Below the pieces are notes generated by a model. It had not been told where the DNA came from, did not search any database, and saw only the letters and a program-made list of their open reading frames with translations. Both the position numbers and the translations under genes were made by a program. Below, piece after piece: positions 28,625 through 42,352 of a DNA stretch of 64,000 nt. The number at the start of each line of letters is the position of its first letter. Within the stretch, counting starts at the first letter, position 1. Source of the DNA: the human T2T-CHM13v2.0 reference genome, Homo sapiens. The DNA lies in NCBI RefSeq assembly GCF_009914755.1, contig NC_060939.1, one strand, 5' to 3'.

Positions 28625-28855
28625 GAGTAGTTAAGAGCTAGGGCAGTGTTCAGACTTCTGGGTTCAAATCCTGACCCTACCGCTTCTTAAGTAGCTCAGT
28701 GACCATGGGTAATTTATTTGTCCTCAGTTTTCTTGCCTGTGAAATGGATTTGATGGTTCAATTTTAGTATCTACCCTTATGGGCTTGTTGTAGGGTATTT
28801 GCAAGATGGATGGAATACATAGAATCAGGCATATGGTAAATACTCATTAAATGTA
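28625..28855 (+). mobile_element. MIR
   Basis: ctgggttcaaatcctgaccctaccgctt, cctcagttttcttgcctgtgaaatgg. Confidence 0.75.
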
Positions 28856-29049
28856 TTTTGTTCTTTTTGATCCGTTTTGCCACTTTTATTGTAATCTGTG
28901 TTGCAGGGAGAGGGCAGAAATTAAAAATACACCTTTGTAATTATTTAGAATGGTCAACTTCTGTCCAGTTCCTAGAAAGTAGACAAACCTGTACTTAGTA
29001 TATGTTGCATAGACAGGGGATCCCGTGTCCTACAAAACACACATAGAGC

Positions 29050-29750
29050 TCGTGTGGAGTAAATGGAACTCATGTACACTGCTGGTGAGAATGGAAAATG
29101 GTACAACCTCTTTGGGAAACAGTACGGCAGTTTCTTCCAAAAATTGATCATACACCTATCATGTGTCCCAGCGATTCTACTTGACATTTACCCAAGAGAA
29201 ATATATAAGCTACATCCTTGCAAAGACTTTCACATGAACGTCAAAGGCAGGCCATTGGATACATGCACTCTTTACCGTAAGCTTTATTTGTAATAACCTC
29301 AAACTACACAAATGTCCATCCACATGTGGAAGGATCAAGAAATCATGTTATGTCCATTCAGGGGACTAAGACTAAGCATGAAAGACAAAGACAAATGATC
29401 TCTCAGCATATGCAACAAGAGGGATCAATCTCAAAATAATTATGCTAAGTAATGAAGCCAGGCCAAAAAAAAAAAAAAAGAGTGTATACTATAGAGTTCC
29501 TTTTAAATAAAATTCTGGAAAAATGCAAACTAATGATAGTGACAGGAAACAGATGAGTGATTGACAGAGGAGAGTGGAAAGCAAGAGTTGAGGGGGACCT
29601 GATTTACAAAGAGGCCTGGGAAAACTTTTGAAGCTAATGGCTGTGTTCATCATCGTGATTGTCAGGATTACAGGTGTATACAGATTCTGAAACTTATTTG
29701 TGTTCTATAAATATGTACAGTTTATTGTATATAAATTATGACTCAAAAAT
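29050..29750 (+). mobile_element. Old L1M 3' fragment (L1ME/L1MD-like)
   Basis: ggaactcatgtacactgctggtgagaatggaaaatggtacaacctctttggg; tttacccaagagaaat. Confidence 0.75.
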
Positions 29751-30446
29751 GAGTGCTTTTAAAAAATCAGGCTTACTGTACAAAAAACCAATAGGTTTTG
29801 CTGTGCTGCTGTAGCACAGAATTCATCAGCTGATTTCCATAAACATTTCTGAATCATTTATTAGCTATTTTGTTTTCTTTTGGAACTTGTAGTGATTTAT
29901 TAGGATTTTGGGAGAACGATATGTCCAAGAGAATTTGAATTAAAAACTTTCTGTCTTCTGATCAAATCCTCTGTGGCAGGTAAGGGATTTTGTAATCACT
30001 GCATTGACTTTATAATTAGTCATTACAGCATCAACTATCCTAAAAGTTTTTGTAAACTTTCAATTTTGCTGCTTGTATATCTAAATGGCCCTCTACTCCT
30101 TTAAAAAAAATTATAGTTTTCTCACTCTTTCCTCCCTTTCCTTCTTTCTATCCCGCCACCTCTCTGCTCGAAAGAACATTCACTTCTTCGTTGTAAAAGG
30201 ACTGCGAAGGAAGCCACCTTTTTTGACATGAATAGACTTATAATTAGTGCTAAAATAATTGTAATTTTTATTGAGAAAAGTTAAAACTGAGAATTGTAAA
30301 AAGTTTTAACCTAAAACATAGGCATTTACGTTTTGACCTAAAAAATATGTATGTCTTCAACATATGTCTCTGAATGTGTTTCTGATGACTTCTCCACCAT
30401 CTTTCTGTCCCAATTCACTCCTGTGCTGTGGGGTGTACAGTTTTCA

Positions 30447-30717
30447 GTTTGAGATGGAGTTTCGCTCTGTGCAGTGGTGCCATCTTGGCTCACTGCAACC
30501 CCCGCCTCCCAGGTTCAAGCGATTCTCTAGCCTCAGCCTCCCGAGTTGCTGGGAATATAGGTGCTCACCACCACGCCTGGCTAATTTTTGTGTTTTTAGT
30601 AGAGATGGGGTTTCACCATGTTGGCCAGGTTGGTCTCGAACTCCTGACCTCAGGGGATCCGCCTGCCTCGGCTTCCCAAAGTGCTGGGATTGCAGGTGTG
30701 AGCCACCACGCCTGGCC
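30447..30717 (-). mobile_element. AluS with short internal deletion and almost no tail
   Basis: Alu body; ttcgctctgt|gcagtgg lacks about 15 nt of consensus. Confidence 0.88.
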
Positions 30718-31269
30718 TAGTTTGGGGTTCTTTACAGAGAAATGTGAATTTAAAAGATATTTGAAAAGTCATCTGAGAACAGGCTTCTTTATACTTAAAA
30801 AAATTCTCTCAATCTATTGACAGATGTCTGGCCCTCACCTAATTTGGCAGTAATTTTCTTTTTTAGCAATGCACACAAAGCATTGTATTGAGTTTTCATA
30901 GGAACAGCAACTCTTTCTTTTTGCACTCATACTTCTTTGGCCCATAGCATATTTAAATATGCAATTGTACAATAAATACAACTGGTCTGAACGGGTTTGA
31001 GAACACACTACTCTAGCAGGCCTACCATGTAATGGTGGGTGCAGCCCACCCACTCAGGAGTGACTTTTAATTTGGCAAATTGGTTAAGCAGAGCTTGGTT
31101 ATAAGATAGTCTACTGTATATGCATCTTGTAGGAAATCAAAACACAGCAAACTAGAAACCATTTGTAAAGCCAGATCTTAAAGACAATACAATGTACTCT
31201 TAACATTTAGGTAGATTTTCTTTTAGTCTTTTATGTTCATATGCACGTGTGTATGTATGTAGTTTATAT

Positions 31270-31800
31270 CATTTTGTATCCTGCAAACAAAGCAGTGATG
31301 GATATCTTGGAACATAAACACTCATGTTTATCTTTATTTATTTCAGTAAATTCCTAGAAATGAAATTTTCAATCAAAGGAGTCTCATCATATTTATGACC
31401 CTTGAATAATATTGCCATATTGACTGCCAAAAATATGGTGCCTCTCTGGAGGGGAGTGTGTGGGTTTCTCCATATTTCTTGCCAGCATGGTGAGTGTTCA
31501 GACTCCTGCTAAGATGATAGAGAATATCTTGTTTGGATTTGTATTTGGAGGATAACATTTTTTTTTGTATCTGTTTCCTCGCCGTTTGTATTTGTTCTTT
31601 TGTGAAATTTTTACTACTGTCCTCTAACAGTTTTGTATCATGATACTTGTTTTATTTTCTTAATAAGCTTTTAAGCTCTAAATGGTGTCTCTTTGGTACA
31701 TAGTAACCTTTTGTCATTTTCTGTAAAAATATTTTCAAAGTTTATTGCTTATCTTCTGACTTAACTTTACCTTTTCACATTTTCTCTTGTGAAACCTCTT
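31270..31800 (-). mobile_element. L1ME-type fragment
   Basis: gtaaattcctagaaatgaaatt, aatattgccatattgactgccaaaaa, ccatatttcttgccagca. Confidence 0.55.
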
Positions 31801-32031
31801 TGTGAGTTCGTCTTGCACTGTTTTTACTTAGACCTTTCCCAGTGTGACTATGATACGATAGTTGGGTTATACGAATGCCCATATGAACACTGTATATGCT
31901 CTTATGTCATGTCTGTTTTATTTGTCCTGTAGAGCCCGAGGATGTAATCATTTTTGGCTTTATAAGTTGGTATTACTGTCTGGCAAACAAGTTTCCATCT
32001 TTTCAACATTTTCTTTACTATTTTCCATACA

Positions 32032-32204
32032 TTTTCTTCTTCTTTTTTCATGTTTTGAGAGACAGGGTCTTGCCCTGTCACCCAGTCAGGAATGTGGTGG
32101 TGTGATCATGAATCGCTGCAGCCTCAACCTCCTCGCCTCAAGTGATCCTTCTGCCTCAGCCTCCCAATGTGCTGAGATCACAGGCATGTACCACTGCACC
32201 TAGC
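32032..32204 (-). mobile_element. FRAM-like Alu right monomer
   Basis: Single right-arm monomer gagacagggtcttgccctgtcaccc...ccactgcacctagc. Confidence 0.8.
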
Positions 32205-33555
32205 CTATTTTCTTCTGAAATAAATATCTCTAGATGGAATGTAGCCTAGGCTCCTAGTCATGGTGTGAGTTTCTCCCCAGCTTTTGTATTCAGTGGGTAA
32301 TTTCACTGGGAACCTCATGTGGAGTCAGAGAGCCTTTGCTGTCTCATCTGGACATTTGTCTCTTTGCTTCTTAACATCATTATATTCAACCTTTACTTTA
32401 AAAAAGTGTTTTTGCTACTGCTTTTTAAAAACCTAGTTTGAATTGCCTTGTTAGTCTCTTATTAGAAAGCACTTGATAAATAATAATTACTTTCTTAAAT
32501 GAGCAGTGCAGAGATTACATGTTCCTGCCTGTGACTGGTGTGATCCTTCCCATCTGGCCTGGCTATGACAGAGTGGAAGGTGGTGTCTGCATGCGTGTCT
32601 TCTTGCAGGATTTTCTAATAGCTCTAATAGAAAAGGAGAGACTGCCATGCAATGCACATGTCTGTAAAACATCCCTGTTGGGGTTTGGAGTTGAATGCAG
32701 GGTTTCATGGAGCTCGGATTGTTTGGACTGTCCGTTAAAAATCACAGTGCTAGGCATTCTCAGGAGTGGGGTCAGTTGCTTTCTTTTTTGCCTGTCATCT
32801 TTATGCATTTGCAGAAATTGTACAGCAGCTGACACATGTCCAAGCAGAAGGCAGAAGTTAGCTAGGCCATGTCTGTTTTGTCACCTCTGTGTTATGGGTG
32901 AGACTAGAGGGTCTGCCTGAAGATGACCACAGTGACTTTGGCATGGGCTGCTCCTGGAACCATTCCTTGGATTCCTTGGTGATCACTTTCTGGTTTTGGC
33001 ATCTCAGTCTGGCCCAGTGATACTGATGTTTTACATTCCTAATCTGTCATGGCAAGGCACTCACCTATCCTTGTTTGCACATTTATAGGGAGCTATTAGC
33101 AGACAAGAAACACGACTGTAACAGAAGCGGGGGGTACACTGGCCACTGTCACCCCCTTTCTCCAGCCTCTCTGAGCTCCCTGTGTTGGTGGTCACCACCC
33201 TGATCAGAGATGCCATCTCACAAGGCCTCATCCCCGCTTTCACCCTGCACCTCTGACTGCTAAATCAGGTGCCGTGACAGCATCTGTCTGTTTGAAGTGT
33301 CTGCTACACTGAATGGCTCTCTTTTGGAGTTTCTGTTCTTTTTGCTTGTCTTGAACTTCTAAATCAAATGCATAGAGGAGAAGGATGTTAGTGCTGAAGA
33401 TGTAAAAGGAGGAATTTTCACCTTCTGATATTTAGGAGAAACATACTCTGTTGTATTTAAATTATGAAACCGGAAGCAGAACTGTAGTCTTCCAGTTAAA
33501 AAGTCCTTTCTGAAAAGAAAGAAGACTCTTGAAGGAAGCTGAGTTATCCAAGTGA

Positions 33556-33783
<228 letters not shown>

Positions 33784-33962
33784 TAGGAAATATTTTTAGT
33801 GTTACATGTAATTTGGAATTTAGTTTGAACATTTTCTCCTATTCTTTCATCCATTTTTGTTTAGGTATTCTGTTCAACTTCAGTGACTGTTTTCTGGTAC
33901 AAGATTTGTAATGTTATTTTTACCTAATTCTTCTTTTCCCACTCCACACTCTTCCACGACAG

Positions 33963-34087
33963 AAAGTCTGCCTGGCGGAGGACACCTGCACTTGTTACCC
34001 TGAGTTGATTCCTGAAACTTCGGACCCCTGGGTATTAACAGAGGACTCAGTGGGAGCTCCTGGTCAGAGGACTTGGATGTTGTCATT
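33963..34087 (+). other. TLN2: TLN2 non-coding 5'-UTR exon (125 nt)
   Basis: Branch-point-like ctaat (33924-33928), long pyrimidine tract ttcttcttttcccactccacactcttcc, AG at 33961-33962, donor ATT|GTGAGT at 34088. The size agrees with the recalled reference 5'-UTR structure (from memory). Confidence 0.8.
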
Positions 34088-35102
34088 GTGAGTTGTTTGT
34101 ATGTTAAAGGTCTTCTGCGTGTGTTTTGGGGAGGTGATCATGACACACAGATTTCCACTAAAGCTCTGGGTACCAGCTAGGTACACTAATACACTGATGA
34201 GGGCCTGCGTCTCTGTCCATCCCCTGGAGGAAGGAATGACAGAGTCAGCAGAGCTGAGTGAGTCAGACCTTTGATGATTTCCTTCTTAAAAATGCTTTTT
34301 GTTACTATGAAGGTGGTTGATTCCTCAAGCCTAGAGAATTTGCAGATGTGTAAGGGTTTTCTGAAGCTCTCCAGTTTGTTTCTCCTGATGTGTAGGTTTT
34401 TAGAGTGAAATATTGTACTGGAGATGTTGAAAACCTTTTCTGGCTTTAAGTGTACAGAACAAAGGTTCAGTTAGAAAATGTGCATTGTTAAAATGGCTTT
34501 CCTTCTTGAGTTGCTGTTAATGTTATAAACTAAACTCACACCATATAAACTAGTTTACGGGACTGAATACTTGTGCCTTTCATTTTTGCAGAATAAGCTG
34601 GAAAGCAAATCAGCATTTCTGTCTGTGGCCTATACTATGCCCTGTTTTCTGTTCTTAGTTTGGATTAATTTATGTTTCTTGGATGCTGAGATGTTTGATT
34701 TTTTTTTTTTAACTGAGCATAGCAATGAATCTAGGTTTGTTTGTTTTTTCTCAAAACAGTATATGTTGGCTAGAAATCTTTCTTGGATTGGAGGTGAAAG
34801 GAGGGAGGCAGTATGCATGTTTTTTCTGAAAAATGCCATTTACTTTCCATGTTTGGCTCTGATGACACAGCTCTGCTCTGTTAGAGAAGAGTGAGGCGCT
34901 GGAGAAGCTGCTGGAGTGGGCGTGCCCATTCTCATAGCGCACCTCCAGTTTCTCTCCTTAGAGGAGCTGGCCCACATGCTCCATCCTCCAGTTTGTGAGA
35001 GCTATATAGATGGCATTCTGCATCTTGATAATTCTACAGAAAGTATTTTTAAATCAAGAGAATTCTTGTCATAAGAGTTGCACTCGATTTTTCATTAACA
35101 AC

Positions 35103-35508
35103 TGTAGTGGGTTGAATAGTGTGACCCACCTGCCCCCCTGCCAAAATTGTGTCTATCTAAAACCTCAGAATGTGACCTTATTTGGAAATAGTTTTTGCAG
35201 ATGTAACTAGTTAAGAATGGAGATAAGATCATACTGGATTAGGGTGGGCCCTGAATCTGATGACTGGCGTCCTTGTAGGAAGAGGAGAGGCCACACAAAC
35301 ACATAGAGGAGAATGGCATGTGAAGATGGAGCCCCCCAGAAGCTGAAAGGAGAAAGGAAGTATTCTTCTAGAGCCTTGGAGGGTAGCGTGTTCCCACTGA
35401 AACCTGGATTTCAGCCTTCTGGCATCTGTAGCTACGAGAGAACAAATTCCTATTGTTTTAGGACACCAAGTTTGTGGTCATTTTTTTTAGCTCTGGGGTA
35501 CTAATGTA
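35103..35508 (+). mobile_element. MaLR solo LTR (MLT1C/MLT1B-like)
   Basis: tgtagtgggttgaatagtg, cctcagaatgtgaccttatttggaaatag, ggattagggtgggccct; 5-bp TSD acaac at 35098-35102 and 35509-35513. Confidence 0.88.
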
Positions 35509-35587
35509 ACAACCAGCCCAAAATGGCAGAGATTGAAGGTCTATCTCCCATTGACCTTCAGCTTTAGGTATCCTCAGTTTATCTAGG

Positions 35588-35827
35588 TTTTATTTTTATT
35601 TTTAGAGATGGAGGTCTTGCTCTGTTGCCCAGGCTAGAATGCAGTGGCCTGCTTATGGCTCACTTCAGACTCAAACTCTTAGGCTCAAGCAATCCTCCCA
35701 CCTCAGCTTCTTGAGTAGCTGGGACTACAGCTGGGTTCCACCACACCGGCTATTTTTTTTATTTTTATTTTTTGTAGAGACAGGGTCTTACTATATTGCC
35801 GAGGCTAATCTCAAACCCCTGGCCTCA
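35588..35827 (-). mobile_element. 5'-truncated AluJ
   Basis: AluJ body; TSD-like tttatct/gaggtttt on both sides. Confidence 0.85.
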
Positions 35828-36100
35828 GTTAATCTTTATCGAGGTTTTAAACTGCAATGTTTATAATCAGTGCAGTAAAAATTTCCGTGTGCAAAATGTT
35901 CCTGTGTCTGGTGCACCTTTCATTTTAATTTGGCCAATATATAAGCAAATTTACCAGCATCCTATACCACTGGAAGAAGTTTTCTGTGAAAAACTTAATC
36001 TGAACCTTTGGAAATGGCCTGCCTACTGCTTTTGTTGTTGTCCAAGTGAATTCATTCATACTCTCTTTCTCTCTCTCTCCCTCCCTCCCCGCCCCACACC

Positions 36101-36748
<648 letters not shown>

Positions 36749-39700
36749 AAAACCTGCTTCTTATATAGCACCTTGGGACTTAAGGAATGAACTGTGTCTC
36801 TGAAGTATTATATTTATTTGTTTACCTTTGTCAGCACTCAAGGATTCAGGTTAGAGCATCAACAAAGTTGAAAACCCTGCAAAGGATGCAGGGTGATATT
36901 GTATGGCTGTGTCCTTTGGAAAGTTTACTGGGAAACATAGCATTTGGGGCACAATATGCTAGTTCACACTATTAGGGTGAATAGAAGGTAAAGTCGATAC
37001 ACAGATACTGAGAGCAAGAAAAAGAGCATCTTTCAAATGAGAAATGATTCTCTTGGTCAATAGAGATAAATATACAGTATCTTGGTGGCATTGATTCAGG
37101 CCCTCCAACTTTGTGCCCCCAGCCCTGTATTCTCAAATGTGTACTAGAAGTTTAAATCCAGAGAAGTTCAGGTCCTCATGCTGTGAAACTCAATCGTGCA
37201 GCAGTGATATTTTCATATGAAGGGGTGGCAGAGGTACTTATATGTTTGAGAAATGTTACTGAGCTCCTGCAGTCTTGCACTTCAATGTGATGTTATTTGC
37301 CTAGATTTCTTGGAACAGGGTCCCTCTTATTTGCTGCGAAGAGCTCCCTTATGGCGGGATTGGCCCAATATAAATGGAACATCATTACTTCAGAGTAGTT
37401 ACTAGTAGCTCTTGCATTAGCAGGTACTAAAAAGGAATGGCAAAATGTGGGAGATTTTTCCTCACAGAATTGCTAGCTAATTCTACCAAAGGGTCCTCCC
37501 AACACAGATGGCCTCAGGACCTCAGGACATAAAACCAGTTTGGAATGGAGAATCACTCTGCTAGTGTAGATGTCATTTGTGCACATTTAGGAAAATCTTG
37601 CTGGTATCCAGTAGAAAAAAACATGCTTTCCCATCCTTCCCCGGCAGTGCCATGTATGAGCCAGGCTTTTCTTGGCCTAAAGGACTAAGCTGGGGGGTGG
37701 GGGGTGTGTTTGCAAAGGGAAACATTACCAGTTTGATTTACTCTTCAGAGTAATCCTATGCTTTGTAGGCCTTGGTATTATTAATGTGCAAATTATTATT
37801 AGTCTTAATTTGGAGACTGAGGATCAGAAAATTAAAACGACTCACTCCAGGTGATACAATGAGATAATTAGTAGAACCTTCTGAGGTACAAAAGGAAAGA
37901 AGTGGAAAAGGGTGTGAGTGTGTGTGTGTATCTGTAAAAGTTGGGGATTTTGTGGGGGATGGTTTCTGCTTTCAGCCATGTAATTGCAAATTTGGAGGGA
38001 CTCCTGTTCCAGACAAGTGGGGGAATACCCAGCACCCAATATCCATTCAGTCCATTCTGTAGGGTGGAAACTGATGTGTGATCTGTCCTGTTATGTATTA
38101 AGCACTTGCCCCTTGATAATCATGAAGGGGACACAGAGACAGCCATGACTCTCCTCTCTGCCCTGATACAACTTACTGTAATTAATAATATGGATTAAAT
38201 AATTTTTTTACATGTATTTACTGAAAAATTTTATGTATCCTGTTCATAATTTTAAAAATGCAGATGTGGCATTTTGTAATCTGTCTTACACATACATTCA
38301 CTGAGTTAAATTGCCTTATTCTTATTATTTAATATATACATTGATTTTGTTTTGTTTTGTGCTTGAGTCAGTGATAAAAGAGGGAAAAGCTTCCTTGGTC
38401 CTGCACTGTGTCATGGACACTCCAACTTTATCTTAATAAAATAAGATGGAGTTTGGGTTTCTCTTGGGCCAGTTCTGTATCTGTAATAACACTCTAAGCT
38501 GTCGACATAACATCCATCACTGCCCAGACCAATTGCTCAGAGCCCATCGATGTTGCCCATCATCTGTCTGTGTGCCCTGCACAGCTGGCCCTGAGTGCCA
38601 GCCTGTCTTTCTTACTCCAGCTGACAGGGCTAATCAGGGTGATCAACGTGGCCTCCAGTCCTCATGGTGTAGTCACTAAGTGGATTTACTTTGCTTAATA
38701 TCCATATGGAGTAACTGAATGGGCAGTGGAGATTTTAACTAAGTCCTGTGCTGGTTAATCTGTGCGGGAGTGGAAAAGAATGAAACATTACTGTATCCGT
38801 ATAAACAAAAGCTCTTTGGGACTGCACATCCTAAACCAAGTGTGTGTTTATAGAAAGTGTAGCACTTTAGAATTATTCTTCAGATGATTGTCTACGGCTA
38901 AGCATGAAGGGAACTATTGGTTTGACAAATGCAGGAAATCATTTGTTCTATTTTCGCTGAAAATCTCACAGGTCATAAGTCAAAGAGAAAGGTAGTATCT
39001 TTTACATAGCTGATCCAGTGATCTAGTGATGGTTCCATCTACCAAAACCAACTTACATTCATGAGCATACTTTTGCAGTATTGCTGAGATAATGATTCTA
39101 AGTTCACTCTGTGGTTCTTATATGAAATCCTAGACCTTTATGGAATGAGAATGCATCGTACCTAAATTAAAGTTTAAATTGTAGCTAATCTATGTCAACA
39201 CCAACTGAGATCGCCATTTGGTGTTGACAGTATTCCTGGAATTACTGTTAACATTTATTTTGCCCAAAACTCAAAACATACATTTCCTTCTAATCCTTTG
39301 TTTCTTGGCAAGTTGACCATTATCAGGCAGTTTTCCACTTGATCCAGAACCTATTTCCCTTTGGTTTTACTGTTTCTTTTAGGTTTATGTATTTCATTTG
39401 GAGATGAGAATAAGTCCGGTGAGATAGCAAAATATGAGAGAAAGGCATATGGACTCTTGGTTTTGGAAGATTAGTTGATTTGTCATTCCACTGAGGATTG
39501 ACCCATCAAACTCACTGCTGATGTCACATCTGCCTTTAGTTGGTTTTTTGCTTTAGGTATTACTGTACTTTTTCCTTTGCTGTCAATCACATGATGGCTA
39601 GGATTCAGGATTTTCACTGTATCCTTAACTACAGAGGAGCACAGGGGATCCAATACCTCACATGGGCCTGAGGATGGACCTGCTCCAAGTGGTTTGATAA

Positions 39701-42244
39701 TAGAGCTACACGTGAGTTTTGTATTCCACTCAGAAATAATATATTAGTGTTGTTTTTAAATGGCCAAATTAACTCTAACCTTCATTAGATCCAGGAAGAT
39801 CCATGCTGTTTGGCTTGCACCTTTGCAGGCTCTTTGCATGTGGTCACATTTTTTCATATTTGTACCAAGTTTGAGAAAATTAGTCTTAGCTGGCTTGCAA
39901 TATTATTTTTCTGATGGATTTAAAAGTTATGTATTACTGCCAGAAGTTCCCTGCTTCTCAGCTGATAGAGTAAACCTCCACTGCCCTTCCGACTGAATCC
40001 CATCCTAGGTCCCTACAGAAGGACGGAGTGTTCTGTCCCTTGGAAGCCTTGAAGTGGGAAGGTCTCATAGGTGATAGGACGCGTGAATGTGCTGTTTTAC
40101 AGCTTTGTTTCAGAAGCTTCATCATTCATTGTTGACATTGAAAGGCATAAGATTTTCTCTTTTAGGTGCAGATAGGAAAGAAAATATCACAGAAGAGCAG
40201 AGAAGGAAGAAATAGATAAGCTTTGATGGTTTTCCTCTGCTTCTTTGTCAGGTTGTCTTAACACATTTCTCTTAAAAGCACTGGAGTGCTGAGTTAATTC
40301 CTCAGTAGTCCATTCTGTGATGTCAAAGGGGTGTGGGGGTGTCTGCATGTGTGTACGCACACAATTACGTACATAAGCACATGATGGCAGTAAGGGCAAA
40401 GAGAGTCTTGCTTTAAAAAGTAGGGTTAAAGACTGGTAACACCACATCAATGTGACAGCTACTGACCAAATAAGAAAAAAACAATGCAGCTAAGAACGAT
40501 TAAGCCTGTCTTAATCAGAGGCTATTGCCTTGGTTCGCTGGAGCATGGTGACCTAAAAGCTACTTGTACCAATAATGTCTTAGATTGCTTTCACTTTCTC
40601 TTTTTTAATTTTTATTTTTTGGCTGCCTGAAGGGAATATTGTTGTGCTTTCAGGATGACTGGAGGATTCAGGGGTGTGTGTTATTGTGCTGGAAGTCAAG
40701 GCTGATGTGAGCGTATTGGTGGGGGAAGTAGCGTGAGGACCCATCTGCAAATGTTGCTTGCATCTTGCAAACCACACAGAACTGTGGGGCTTGGTTCTTC
40801 ACTACTGAATGTGCACATGGGGCTTCAGACTATGACTCAGGCCCATGACCTACTTTTCTGGTTACTCAAGGCTGAATGAACCCTTTAGGAAAGCTTGGCC
40901 AAGATGGAGTCATCTTGATCACCCCTGGAACCTTTCAATGCTGTGGCCTGTTGTGGAGTCCCCTCCACTAGGGTATGGTTGGGCTCTGCTGGCTGCAGTG
41001 TAAGCTGAGGATTTTTTTAGTATCAGAGACCAAATTAATTCATCCTTGTAACTGAATTAAAGGTAAGAAGGCATAGGCTGTGGTTACAGCAAGAAATATG
41101 GGGAAATGCCCTCTGCTACGAGATGGTCTTGGAGGTTTCTGCATCCATGCTGTTAGAACACGATGCTGCTCCAGAGCCAAGAGGAAGCCAGCAGCAGCTG
41201 GGAACAGTTAGGCTACTGCACGCAGGCGAGGGCTGGGGGAGGACGGGAACTCCCGCAGCATATGTGTTGGGGGCTGAGGGTGAAGCATGGGTTGATGCCG
41301 ATGGGCAGAGTGGAATTTTAAATGGAACCACCTGTCTTTTTAGAGAATAAGACTCTCTCAAATCCAGGCAATTCTGGGCTTCTGTGTTGCCAGCCTGGCT
41401 TTCAGACTGTGCTCTGGTGATGTCGTTTTGCTGGAGAGGGCAGAGATCTGAGTGGGCAGAGTGGGCAGATGGGAATGGATGCTGAAGGAAGGACTGTAGG
41501 GCCCACTCCTGTGTGAGTGTGCAATAGAGGGGGACTGGGGATGTCTAGGCTGTAGGTGGGGTAGGGCCTGAGTTCCCCATGAAATCTGTCCTCAAACACT
41601 AGGCAGATGCCACCTTCTTCCATGGGTCAAAGGGCAAGTTTGAGAGAGTCTTCCTATACCCTTGACTTCCAGCCATTCATCTTAATGACTTGCAAGCATT
41701 AGGGATTATGGCACACATAACGATATACATGACAGATTAGCAAATATAGGTACATAGAAGACATTTTAACAGGAGCTGGTCTTGCATTTGAGGCTTTTTA
41801 AATTGTTGACTTTCAAATGATTTTATAGGTCACCAATTCTATCTTGTATCTTCTGGAGTTGTGTTCTCTGTGCTTAGGAAAATATAAACAATTATGTTTG
41901 TTGCTTTTCATCCAGTTGAACAAACAAAAACCAAAAGTAGGTATTTCAGGTTCATTTTGCCTGGAATAATCGCATAAATAGTTCACTGACATCTGACAGT
42001 ATGTGATCTCTTGCTCCCTGGAATATTATAGTCAAAGATTCAGGCGGGCCAAAGCACTACTGACTTGAATATGGAAAATGAATTAACATGCTCACTACCG
42101 CCCTTCATTATTTTCTTCTCTAATTGTAATTATATCCTCAATCCTTTGAAGCAATTGAACATAAGAACCTGAGACTGAAGTTTGCATTTTCCCTGATCTG
42201 GGCAAGTCAGCGACAAGGATGTGCACCTAGACATGATGGCATGG

Positions 42245-42352
42245 GCTGCTAGAAGGCCACTCTGACATCACCTGGTCCTCACCATTTAGTTCACAAAGGA
42301 GGAACGTGAGACTCAGAGATGATAAATGCCTTGTCCAAGGGCACACAGCTCT
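42245..42352 (-). mobile_element. MIR/MIR3 fragment
   Basis: gaggaacgtgagactcagagatgataaatgccttgtccaagggcacacagct. Confidence 0.6.
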
